From Klebsormidium nitens (Eukaryota > Plantae > Klebsormidiophyceae), in assembly GCA_000708835.1 (NCBI GenBank), contig DF236954.1, positions 1-64,000 on the forward strand: DNA of 64,000 bases. The letters run 5' to 3'. This document shows positions 21,799 through 34,409 of this stretch, in pieces (position 1 is the first letter of the stretch; each line of letters starts with the position of its first letter). Below the pieces are notes generated by a model that saw only the letters and a list, made by a program, of their open reading frames with translations, was not told where the DNA came from and did not search any database. The position numbers and the translations under genes are program-made.

Positions 21799-23629
21799 CT
21801 GGATGTTGAAGGGATCAGAGCGTCGTTGCACCTGCTGAAGGTGTTTGCAGGCAAGTTAAACGGATCAGGGAGAGACTTCGGGACTTTCGACATTCGTTAG
21901 CGGCTGAGTCACTTCTGAATACCTTCTTCGTAGCAAATTTCATCGGACCTGAATTGATTGACTAAGGATACTAAGATTGTCTTTTCCCTTTACTAAGACT
22001 ATCTTTCCCCTGGAAATCTGAGTGAAGAAGGCAGAAGCCGGAGACCTGCAATGATCCATCCGAATTTCAAAACATCGCCATTTGCATTTTGACGTTTTTG
22101 CCCCGCCCCTCAAATGCAACGGCCAACAAGCCCCCATAATTTCCTTCTTGTAGAAACAGCGCGAGGTGTGCTTTGTGGTCCTTCTCACGAGCGGTCAAGC
22201 AGATGATCCTTTCCCTCAAAACTTGTCAAAAAAATTCACCCAAGGTGAGCAAAGGAATCAGAGTAACAAAGGACACGTAGTGCAAGTTCAGGCTGCTGCC
22301 AAGTGACAGCTTGAGTGGACTGTATTCCGAATGAGAGTCTGTTGACCACTGCCTTATTCGGGATACGAATGTTTCTCCACCCGCATCATTATCTGTCTTG
22401 AACGCTGTCAAGATCGTCCATTACGTCTGGTTCACTCACTGGTTGCAGGATCTCACAATAGTACGTCGACCAGAAAGGCGAGAATATCCCGTCATGCGTC
22501 AAGCTTCAGGACACAGAGAATAGTTGCATACGTGGTAGCTGTTGTCGCCTTTCTCGCAGGTGGCAATCGCATTTCGTTGAACAATCTGCTGTGATCTGAC
22601 AAGATTTCCAACGGAGGAAGTCTTCTTGTCCAAGTCTCATGTGTGTTGCTTGTCTCGTGTGCCCCAGCTGGCAAGCTAGCTCCGACTTCTTTCTGAACGC
22701 TGTCGTGCTAGGCTTGAACCTTATGCGAAAATGGTCAGCCAGGCTCTCCTGCATGCTTGAAATCGACGACTTACTTGTTTAGATAGACAGTGTTACGGTG
22801 ACAGATCTAGAAGTCGAGCGTTGAAGCATTAGATGCCCATGATGCATTAAGATACCAGCCGACGTGCAAGTAGAAGCTTGAACGACCGATCGACCTAATA
22901 CAACAGCATAATAAAACGGCTCTTAATTCAATGTACGCAACCATCCAATACTCACATGACGGTTTGCATGAAGCACTCAGGCCATTAACGTGGCTTCCGG
23001 CCTTAGGCTGGATCTACGTGCGAAGCACTCTTATGTACCTTGCAAAAATCACACATGCAGCCTTCAAATACAAAGTCCTGCGCCACCGCCTGCAAGACGG
23101 TACTCGAGAAGGTCACGCTCATGAGGGAAGCCAGTATGTGCTTGGGTCACATGCAATATCTGGCCCACCTTGTTGCATGATCCGTCATGCATATGGTCCA
23201 TCCAATGATTAGATGGACTGCTAATGCTCAGGCCTGACTTCATCAACTTCGATCACCGTCCGCCGGATCATCTTGCAACGTATTGCTGCCAGGCTGGTCT
23301 GAATGATGATCATTGATTGCAGGGCCCGGCATCAAGTGTCGCCATGCATGTCCGACCATGGCACAAACGTTACTGCAGACTCGCGGCCGATCTTGCACGG
23401 AGCACAACGCCTTGCGGACATGAGTTCGCTTCACAAGTAAAGCTCGCGGCTAGCAGAACAATCGCTTGATCCCGTTCCAGCTCCTCGATGAGAAGGATCC
23501 GGACTCAAACGACAAACTCTATACTCAGGCTCGATTGGCAAAGGCCTAGAGACCGTGTCCAATCATGACAACAAGGCACTTCTTAAAGTCACTGAGATCC
23601 GAAAAGCCCTCTTTGTAAAGCGATAATCT

Positions 23630-26600
23630 TTACGTCCGTTCGACGTATTGCTTCCAGGTTCGTATCCCGAGTCGCAGCTCCGTCAACACGTTTTGCTCCC
23701 ACTCATCTTTCTGCGGCAGCTCTCCCGTCAGTGCCATGACTGAGCACCCTGCATCCTTACCAAGCGTCCTGACGTTAATCTCTCCAGGAAAGGCCTCCCT
23801 CATCGCCTCGAGCACTCGCCCTACGACTATCTCCCCATACTTCCGACTATCCCCCGGCGTTTCTCCCACCTGTTGTCGTTTTCGACGCTGTTTAAGCTGG
23901 TTTTTCCGATTGACGCTCCCCTTGACCCGCGGGTCGACTTCTGGTTCTACTGCGGCGCTTCCGCAGTTGACCATGATTCGCCCGCCGGGGCGCATCCGGC
24001 GGGCGAGATCGCGCCACGTGGCAGCATCCTGGAGCTCCGGCAGAACGGCGCCCCGGCTGAAGAGGTCAACGATCAACCCCGCAAAACCGCCCTCGGTTAT
24101 GGAATCCGCGGTTAAGGCGTCCCCGGTGTAAATCGTGAGGAAGCCGCTCGCCTCTAACGGGGCTATGTCGAACCAACGCCGGGCAGCCGCAACCACCTGG
24201 AAAAGCAGTGCCAGCATGCTGCTGAGAAAAGGATGCTTCGACAAATAACTTGAGGACAAAATCCTGTTTTCCTTGATGCAACGAGAGTACGACGTGACGA
24301 GTTTCTGATATGAATAATCCAATCTTGAGAAAGTTCTGAAGCTTTCAAGACCCCGTCGTTTTTTAAGGTCGCTCGGTGTGTTATCGCTTCGGCTGGGCCT
24401 GCATAGCGCATTGTCAATGTGCAAAGTAGTAAGGCATCTTTTCTAATCATACACTGCAGGACTCGATTCGGAAAAAATACCGAGGTGCGGTTCAAAAATT
24501 GTTGCGAGAAAAGCACCGTTTCCTTGATCGACGACCTTCGACATCAAAGATCCCCGCTTTGCAGACCATAGATTTGCACAGATACAAGGTCTAGGGGTCG
24601 ACTGGATTAAGACTGAAGTCAAACAAAACGGTTTGCCAATCAAGAATGAAGTGTTAGGAGAAATCTTCAGGGAGCTGACTTTAAAGCTTTCGCCTTCTAT
24701 TTCTTTCGTGACGGCTAGAGAACCAGCTACTTTGCAGGTGAAATCAATTTGCAATCAAACGCTTTGTCTCTTCATCAACCTGGATTTGCTTCGCGGCCGT
24801 GGCCTCAGCCGCCTCGATTTGGAGATGTGCTGGAATCTGACAGCAACAACACAACGTACAAAAACGGAGACACACAAAGCTTAAGATCTTGACGCCCGCC
24901 AAATGGAGCAACTCAAGCCGACCCTTGAAAGCGCTCGAGAGATTCAGACACACCGAAAGGCATATGTTCGGCCACAGTCGAGCGCTTCTTCCATCAGTTA
25001 ATTTGGAAGACTAGTCTTCCGGACAAGGAGATTGAAGAAGCAGAGCGAAGTTCCGCATCTGGCCTGGCCACTTTCTTTCCACTCACCCACTTGGGGCCCC
25101 ACTGCCTGTCAATCCATATGGATTTGGGCAGATCGTTATGAAGAATCTACTTTCCGACCCCAAATCCAATACGACCGGCTGCCCCGTTCGCCCATGATTC
25201 CACCTGCCAACGCTTTACGTGAAAAGGCGTCCTTGAAGAACCTACCTTTGCATCCAGCTCCCAGGCATGCAACCTCCTCTCAGGCGCCACGTGATGCAGC
25301 AAGTGCGCTGCCGTGCCGGCCCCAAGTCCGTAAAGTCCGATCGGTCCAGCGGGAAGGAGGCAGGGGAGGGTGGCAAAGTCGTCATAATAGCTGGAGGTCC
25401 AGACGCAGTGCCTGGTAAAAACCGAGGGGATCAGAAAGTCTGAATGTGTTTCAAAACACTCGTCTCTTTGTTTCTTGAGAAACGAGAACAACAATGGGTG
25501 TCAAGAGATGCAAGCTTCGAGGGGCGGTGTCCGGACTGTGAAGCTGGGGGGACAATTGTAAAGAAGAATTGATGGCCATTTGCCTATGCAGTACCTATTG
25601 GGCCTAAATCTAGTCGATTGCATTGAGACCAAGTCCGTCAATTTTAAGAGCAGGAGAATCTACGAAAGTTAAGACATTATTTGACACAGCGAGCTTGACA
25701 TAAAGTAAAGGAAGCGCACACCTTTCTCTAAATTTGAGCCTAACGTACAGAGCGCCGGATCACCAGTGACTGAAAGTGCAAGCGTTCTTCGCGGTGCCCA
25801 ACGAATGCCAGCAATCACACTTTCTTGGACTTTGCACCTAACACTTTGCGCTTTGCGAACTCTCTCTGAGAACATGGACAGATGACATTTTGAGACTGGA
25901 TGGTTCATGATTCGACCTCAAATGTCTGGCGTGCCTGGAAAGCTGCCTGCTATTATGAGTCTCGAGAGAATCAATCACGCCCTGCGCATCTGAACCCCTG
26001 ATAAGTCTGACAGTCTGTTGATATGTCCACCTTGCAAATTAGTTTGGACAACTTGGGAGACTAGCTGCCATTGAGCAGAGCCTCATAGAAGTAACCTCAG
26101 AAAGGAAAAGTCCAGGCCTGAGCCTCTCACTCAGTACCTGGTAAGAAGGGCGAAAAAAGATGGATGAGAAGAGTCCAAAGATCTGCTCACTTAAAATACA
26201 CGCTGTGGATGTTGTTGGCCGTGTCCAGCAGCAGCAGCGTAGCTCCCGCCAGTGGGTGGTCTGCCGTGCGCGCCAGCTCGACCACCTCAATCTTGCTGTT
26301 GTAATCGCTGCTGCCCCGAGCGAGCACCCGAATGTCGGGGTCATCACTACTGTAGTTCCACTCAGAAACAATGACCTCGTCATCATCTAGCCCAAAGTTG
26401 TTCACTGAGGCGTCGTCGGAAAGCTCAGGAACGTCCTCCAAGCACGCGGGAAGCTCGGTTCGTCCTTTTCCCCTTTTCTTGGAGAGCTGGGACGATCCGG
26501 CTGGAATGGAGCGCGCACTTTGAGGGGCATCTACTTCTTTGGATACTGTTGGTGTCTCTGTGGCACATCTAAGAGCAGACTGACGGTTGGGGCGCCTGTC

Positions 26601-26918
26601 GGTTGAAAATCCCCGGCTGTGCAGCGATGCTGGAGGTGCCCAATCCGGCGAGCTTTCCTGAGGCCACCCGAAACACAGCGCTGAAGACAGAAAGCTTCCC
26701 ATGCACCAGATCTCAGCTGAGGGTGGTGCCAATGTGGAAGTGTTTAAAGGAACTGACGGCGCTGCTGGCCCAAGCTTCTGAGAAAAGAATGCTGATGAGA
26801 TTGCGGGAAACAACGGTGGTGAGAGCTGAAGGGAGGCGGAGCAGATCGGCGCTGGAAGTAGGCGCCAAGCAACCACCTTCCGCACTGTGACCGCCATTCT
26901 GCGGAACAATGCTGACAT
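23630..26918 (-). CDS. SAM-dependent methyltransferase (spermidine-synthase-like fold), probably organelle-targeted, 3 exons
   Basis: Exons ~26918-26191, ~25413-25287 and ~24198-23630 splice to ...LLLDTANNIHSVYFKHCVWTSSYYDDFATLP...IGLYGLGAGTAAHLL...HAWELDAKVVAAARRWF...GDAL...GLIVDLF...RPGGRIMVNCG. Contains the GxGxG and acidic SAM-binding motifs. Confidence 0.85.
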
Positions 26919-27726
26919 TACAGGGGCAGCAATGTCATTGACAAGCACAAGAGTCACAGACCTTCCTCCCTTGTCGGTGCGTCCGACTCTGCAGTTGCTC
27001 AGAATGTCTAGCTGCGATAGAGAGCAAATGAGCTTTGTGTCTCCTTCTGGAAGCTCTCTGCCGCCGTGTTCGACGAAGTGGATAAAGCATTTTGACAAGT
27101 TTTGGACGACAGAAACAGCTGTGGTCTTCAGCGCAGCTCGAATGGAATATTACTGCTTCGAAATCGAACTCGAGATCTAGACAACAAGCAGGAAGGCCTC
27201 CAGGTGGCAGGTGGGTGTTGGAGCTCACTGCCTCACTGAACTTGAAGCTGCAATGCGGCTCATGCGCAGCTACAGTTGTGAGTTCTATGTTTATGTAGGT
27301 TGAATCTACAGGTCTGCACAATTCATGGCGTCCTAGTAAAGTTGCAGCTTCCAGGCCTTCACTCCCAGTCTTCACGGCCACATTGTCCTGCATTTGGCGC
27401 CATTGCAAAGCAACGCCTCAATTTTGCTGCTCGGCTCTGCATTGCTTCTACAAACTGCCGTCTAAGGTGGAGGCTGACAGGCAAGGACGGAAGCTCACAG
27501 AAGGCAATCGAATTTCAAGCTCTTTCAGTACGTGCCCATTACGAGGATATTCCGAGGGCTTGAAGCTGAGAATTTCACCCTCGTAGGATTTCCTAGCAAA
27601 GCGCTGCCAAGACACAGATTGCCCTTCTGTCCTGTAAGTAGAGGTGCCAACTTCTTCCCAGGACCTCTGTTCTCAACCGCACAGAAAGCCCTCCTCAGGT
27701 CAATCATAGGAGAGCAGAATAGAACG

Positions 27727-30700
27727 ATGGCTACGACCAGTGCCGCTCTCACCACACAATTCTCCTTACTTCATGGGCCATCATTCACAGCACGACAGCG
27801 GGCCAGTGTAGAGCCAAGCGCTGCCAGGTGCTTAGCTTGCAGGCTATTGAGGCCAGCTCTTGGGGCAGTATCAAGGAGCAGAAAAAGAATGGGGGTTAAA
27901 GCCAGAAGGTAAGGGGCTTAATTCTCCCCTTCTCCTCCCTTCTCTATCCAAGTGCACCACTGACTGCGTGCGCTACGTTCCTGGGCAAGCATGTAACTCC
28001 CTCTTCCTGGTCAACTCCTATGTCGTAACAGTTCCGTTGCAACACATGCCAGAAATGAGGTCTATCACAGACCCTCAATCTGGTATCTACTTCAACAGTC
28101 AGCCTGCCGCAATCTTATCTCCCCTGCTTTGTAGGGCACTCAGGAATTCACCAAACTGAAAATCAGCAGGAATCTGTGTGTTGTTTGTGGAAGCGCCAGC
28201 TCATCTTGAACGGTTCGTTTGTTTTCCCTTCCCAGCTCACATGAAGAAGAAGGATGTTCTGCGGACCCTGCACTACTCGAATCGCGAGACGAGACCAAAG
28301 TGGGGTTGTCCAGAAGGGCCACTCTAGTGGGTGGAGCGCTTCTGGGTGCAGCGGTTGTAGGGTCAAGTGCGGACATTCGAGAAGCACAGGCTGCGGACGA
28401 GCCAGCAATCACACGGAAGGTGCACCGAGCTTTCAATCGAGCGTCTGTTGTTCCTGAGGTCGCGGTGCTTAGTTGGCGGTCTCATTGTGGCGCGGAAGAG
28501 ACTGAACTTAAAAAGCTCTTCCATTGGTCTGGGTGGAATGGCTGCTTCTTGGCTGGCACGAAACCAATGATTCGAGTCTCTCTTCTGTGCATAGAGGGTG
28601 GACTAGACGCTTCTGGAGTGAAGCTCTCTCTCTGACAAGCCTCACGTCCATCAAAGATCTCTGGGGTTGGCAACAAAGACCTCTTAAGCCTCCGCTTTCC
28701 AGAGGTCTTTACTTTGTGTCCATGCGGTAGGCGGACCATGTTATAGCCCGCTGGGTCCCCTTGTCTCTGTCCTGATTTAGATTAGACGATAGAAAGCATT
28801 AGTACAGAAGCCATGAGTCGAGACTGATACTCAAAAGTCACTGTCGCATACACAACTCTCTACATTACTCGGAGGGTGCCGACCTGTATGTACAAGTCGT
28901 CCCTTCCTTTTTCGAAGCTGCAAACATAATTCTGCCACCTAGGACAGAGTGACTGCCTGCTATGCTTGCGCTTTCACCACGTTTGCAGCCGCCGTCAGGC
29001 CGACCTCTCCAGACTCAGGAGTCCCCAAGCTCCGTTCTTTCTCTCAGGCAGAGAGAAGGGAGCTGCCTTCAGAGTAAATCTTGCTTGACGAGGAAATATG
29101 AGTTTTTGACATGGCAACTCGCCCCTTTTGAAACACCTGGCAAATGTCCCTCTCGAAACGGCTCGTACGATTGCTCTAAGCCACCGTATGATAGGTTCTT
29201 GTTACATTGGCTGCAGGTCTTCTTTGACATCACAGTTGATGGTGAGCCGATCGGGCGGTTCGTCGTGGGGCTGTATGGCGACGACGTGCCAATTGGCACG
29301 GCTCGATTTGCAGACCTAGGTGAGTCATGGCGAATCTTAAGTCTCATTTTGGATCAGCTTTGATTGAAGGCATAGCAAACCTGGAAACGAAGGTCTGGTT
29401 GGCTTGCCTGCACCCTCGGAAGCCATCGTAACTCAAACCAAAACACTAGTGAGGACCCTGGAACCTTACAGATGCGTATCGTCTCTGCAGCGGCAGGCAA
29501 GCAATCGGTTGGGTACCGGAGACGGCCTATCGAGCTCATAACACCGGTAATGTTGTCCCTCTTTTCTTCACATTCAGAGGTTCCAGCAGACGGTGTGGTC
29601 CCCCATCCTTTCAATCGCATTGCTTCGAATGGTCGTCGCATCGCTTCGATCGAACGCTCATCATTCGTTCTTTTTCTGGTAGCCTTGGGTCGAGCCTGAG
29701 CCCTTTTGCTTTACGCAGAATGTCTTCGAGACTTTTCGAGCACCGTCTGCTTTCTTAGACTTTCTTCGAATTGCCGACGGTCTCATTCAGATAAGATGCT
29801 TTGTTGAGAGAAAGAATCTGTCTTCATCGAGCGCCATTCCTGAATTTTGCTTCATCCGCATGTTTCTCGGACGTTGCTTCTCCGCACTCAGCAAGACCCT
29901 GGCTCAACATTGAACATGCGTCATCCTTCTGATTGCTCGCTAACGTGACAGTCGTCTCTGCAGAACTCCATCCAGGGGGCCGCTTTAATATCCTTGTACC
30001 CCGGGGGTAATCGCTCCGCTGGGGTGAGATACCTTGTCCGCCGCTAACCTTTTTGCCCTTCTCGCTCCTTCGCCTTTCTTGTCCCCTCTATCATTCCTCC
30101 ATTACCCCTTTTCTCTTTGTTTTAGGTCATGCGCCCGAAGATTTGCTTTGAAGCCTTCCTCTGCCCTCGCCACCTCCGCAGCGCTCTCTACCTCTCAATC
30201 CCTCTCACCCACGCCACTTCCTCGCGTTGACACTCATCCAACCCGCGTTCTTGCTGCTTCCATGAAATTCTGCGGTGACCAGTTCCTCATCCCACCTCTC
30301 AATCCTCGATGCCCCTGTTCGAGTAAACCCAGCAGCTCGCACTTCACAGAAGGTCGTCCTTTTGCGCTTTCAAGACGGGAAGACTTATGCACTAGTCAGG
30401 GTCTTGGACTTACGCCTTTACGGTGTTAAAGCCTTCGGGTAAACAACCTTGAGGTCACTCCGCTCCAGATTTGCTGCCAATCTAAAACCGACCTGGGGCG
30501 CATCAATGGGTGGCTTGATGTCCTCGTGCGGTTACCCAGTCTTGAAAGGAAAAGCCGACTCTATCTGCGGCTGCTGAAATGAGAAGAGTAAAAGCGCCGC
30601 GTCTCAAACCAGTCAAGCTGCCCGCTGTATCCGTGTATACACCTGCCTGCTCCGTTTTTTATGACACTACTTCGTCGAGCAGTTGCCTAAGCACTCTTTT

Positions 30701-32811
30701 TCGGGTTCAAATTAGCGTGACGATACATCTGGAATCTGGCTTCTCACATTCAGTCATTAAAACGAATTTGGTACTCCACGTTGGCGACATCTTGGTCTCG
30801 TGCTCTTTCCCTCCTTCCAATCGCGAGGTGCCACGTCCCGGCACAGTATACAGACCCCATCACGGACGTAAAAAAACAGCCGCTAATGTTTTTCTCTGCT
30901 TCGTGAAGTGCCACGTGTCAGCATCTTACGCTTCGATCGCTCTGTCGACACAGACCCCGATCACGGGCGGTGAGACGACGGGCCCGCTGCTGAACGAGAT
31001 GGAGGCGCAGCGGGGGCGGATGAGCAACAGCCAGTATGCCGTGTCGCTTCTGATAGTGGACAGCAAGAAAGAGGCGGCCAAGCAGAAACTGGTGGCGGCC
31101 GATGGCAAGTTTTACGTTGTTGAGGTGCGTTCCTGATTGGTCCCTCAAACACGTCATTCAAAGGTTCTTAGACGGGATGTCTAAGACGGCGTTCTGTGTT
31201 CTGGAACTCAGTTGCCCTGTTGGCCGACTTTTACATTGTGGAGGTGCGTCCCGGATTGGTTCGTCGTGCGGAAAGCGGACACTTTTCAAAGATCCAGGCG
31301 TGTGTGACATCTGAGGGGATGTTTTTGGTCGTCATTCCGAGGTTTCTCGAACGGAAACCTGAGACGGCTTCTGTGTTCTGGGATTTCGTGGTACCGTAGG
31401 CAGACTTTTACATCGTCGAGGTGCCTTTCTAATTGGATCGTCGTAGGAATGCAACGGACACTTTTCAAAGATCGATGCGGTGCGAGAGCAGACGATTGTT
31501 TTTGTGAGGGTCGTACATGTTTGTTTGTGGAGGTACGTCGTTCAGAACTTCCTCGTACAGGAGATCTGAACGCCGTTTGTGTTCTGGAACCGAGTGGTAT
31601 TATCCGAAGCTGATCGTAACAGCATTTTCTCCGAGTAAATCGCCTGCAAACATTCGGACGTCGTTGAGATGCATCGTGTAAGTGTTTCTTTGCGGGACAT
31701 CGGCGATCGTGTTTCTCCTGGCTGACAACTGGGATTCGTTTGAGTGACGAAGCAGGGATAACAAGTGCTGATTGACCACAGCTCGCCAATAGACGTCGCA
31801 CGGACTTAGAGCCGCGAAACATCGTGCGTCAACCATTGTGCCTGAAGATCATAATTCGAAGGTCCAACAATAAGTTGAGAGGCCCCGTTCTCGTTGTAAA
31901 GGCAAAGTTCCGCCGGATTTCCTAGACCAATAAGCGACAAGCCTTTTCTTGACTGTCTCAGGAGAGCAGCCGACCGGAACTGAACGGCACTGCGTTTTCG
32001 ATTGCGACGGTGGACGCCCCGGAGCTGGACAAAACGAACCTCGTCATCGGACGGTGAGACCCGTGGTTGCATCTTGCATTGATCTTTCTAACATCCACGG
32101 GATGAAGCTGGTTTACTTTTGCAACAGTGTCTGCGTTCTTGTACAGGTGAGGATGTTATTGACACCTCTTCGTGTCATGGTTTGTTGAACGTAAGGCAAT
32201 GTTTAGTGTTTATGTACTCAGGAATGCCTTCTAATGGAGGTGACAAATTGATTCAAATTGAGGCGTCCCGTTCCGATCTGAATAAAAAGTTATGTACCAT
32301 CGTTTATGTTTGAATCTTCGAGGAGGGTAGAACGTTGTTTGGTCATGCGTCTGATTCTACAGACTCGTTCTTCCAACTTCAAACCATGCATCGGTATCTC
32401 AACTTCTTTGCTAAGAGAAGAGTCACATGGAGTTAACCGCTCTGGAAAAGGTACCTGAGATGTCCGGTGTGTGATTGCCAAATGGCACTGGTTTCTTACA
32501 ACTCGAAAAGTCTACCATACACACAAGCTCCAAAGGCACCTTTAGTTCTTGTAGAAGGGCCCGGCTTCTGAAGGCCCGTTGACTTGTGACCACCAAAAGC
32601 GACGGCTTTCTTTTGCAGAGTGATCGACGGCATGGAGGTCGTGAGAAAGATTGCAAACTTGCCAGTCAATAGAGACAATTCAGACAGCGGCTTTTTCAAA
32701 GTAGGGAAACTCATAGGAGACCGGCGTGCCATAGTGGCTGAAAGGGGCTTCAATCGTCCATTCGCAAAAGTAATGGTGGCATCGTGTGGGGAGCTTGCTA
32801 GTCAAGAATAA
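27727..32811 (+). CDS. CYP28: Chloroplast thylakoid-lumen cyclophilin, CYP28-like
   Basis: Transit peptide with an RR plus hydrophobic (Tat) signal (LSRRATLVGGALL...AQA). Exons VFFDITVDGEPIGRFVVGLYGDDVP, GYRRRPIELITP, NSIQGAAL, ...KLVAADGKFYVVE, ESSRPELNGTAFSIATVDAPELDKTNLVIGR and VIDGMEVV...KLIGDRRAIVAERGFNRPFAKVMVASCGEL. Confidence 0.9.
31105..31600 (+). repeat. Intronic tandem duplications (about 110-180 bp units) that copy the exon end and 5' splice site
   Basis: TTTTACRTYGTBGAG|GTGC at the true donor 31125 and again at 31244 and 31421, with a partial TTTGTGGAG|GTAC at 31533. TGTGTTCTGG recurs three times. Confidence 0.8.
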
Positions 32812-34409
32812 TATATTATGTGGCTCACGGAAGGCCGGCATAGATCCTGACCATGCTTTCATCAGGTCAATGTGCCCTCCTCCCACAAAGGGCGCGTTTT
32901 CCAATGATTTTGCATGATTGCTCAAAGGACTGCACTGGTGGCCTGGACAAGGTGTTGAACTTGGGAAGACTCACGGCAAAAAACGATCGAAAGGATGCAC
33001 TTCGTGCATAGCGCTCAAAGTTCTCGTAGTTGAGCTTCAACTTGTGCTCTCTGTTTCTCAGAATCTATTTTCTTCTGGCCCGAGATTATCAATGCATCGG
33101 TGTGGACTATGCATGCTCTCCGTGCTCAATGAAGTAGCTGGGCTGATGCGGTTCACGTCTCTTGAGTACGTATCAGGACCTCGCTCAGCTGCCAGTGCCG
33201 CCTTTTCATTCGCAGGGCACCCGGGGCTTCATCTTTTCTCAGTCTTGATACCGAGATTTTGGACTAGGTACGCCCGTTGCCGCGTGATTGTAGCAGTCTA
33301 CCTACCATACCGCCGCCGGTAAACGTGTACCAAAATCCCCACGACAATTTTGCCTGATATTACAGTACCGTAGGTATCTACCGTAGTACCGTACCGTAGA
33401 CTGTACCTAGTACCTACCACGTACCGGTATCCGGGCAGGTACTTTCTGACGGCCCTGACGGTACATTGATTACGCCTGAACACGCGTCTTCGTTGGCAGA
33501 AAGCGAGAAGGGGATTGAACGGCTCGATCTCATTCTCCGATAGCTGTTTATGAATCGGACGGTTCCGTGTGCAGACCGGCGATGCAGTGATGATTGCAAA
33601 ATTATGAGGCTGTGTAACAACCTCCCCCAGGCGGTTACAATCTGCTCAGATAGGTAGAACTAAACAAAATGACCTCACCGAAAGCAAAAATCTGTGGTCT
33701 TTTCGTCGAACCGCGTGGGTAATCCAGCCCGCCATGATTCCGCTCTAGTATTACTCCTATTTTGCTATGGACAATGGCCAAACAAGACTAGCCAACGCTT
33801 CGACGTTGAAACATAATCTGGAGCTTCGGAGATAACTGAAAAGCGCCTCACCCAAAACGACAAAACGCACTCGTGAGAGTCCACGTCACGATACGGTATG
33901 GGCCCCGATTCTTTCGCGGTCGCTTTTGGTGTGCACCATTCGTTGTAACACCCGACGAAAACCTTAGAAGTTAATCCATACAGCAGCAACGCCGCTACCG
34001 GGAGTTTATTGGCTCAAAACTAGCTTAAGCGTGGCGACCACCTAACGGGTTTGACTCGAACAAACCCCCTTTCAAAGGAGGTTATCGAACTTACGTAATC
34101 CTAACTTTGTTTTTCAAAGCGGCGACCCTGACAGGCTGGCGTCACACGCGCGTCATTTGCTCACGTGGTCAGGAATCGGAGTCGGCAATACGGTTCGGCA
34201 GATACGCCGGGCGAGTTTTGCCGTACGACGCGTGTAGCCAGGGTGTCCTCTGTCTCAGGCGGGCCCAGAAATTTGGACGGAGGGCCATGTGAGCGGTGAT
34301 GTCAACAAAGAAAGGGGCAGATTTTGCATTTTAGGCACCTTCGAGGTGGCGCACGTACAAGGGGGCCCGCGTGGGGGTTGCGATCTCTTCAGGAGGGGTG
34401 CATGTGACT

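Noticed and set aside
23736-24131. Antisense ORFs opposite GC-rich exons (also 9154-9684, 10871-11077, 43619-44243, 60733-61014)
   Set aside because: Shadow ORFs of real exons on the opposite strand, caused by codon bias.
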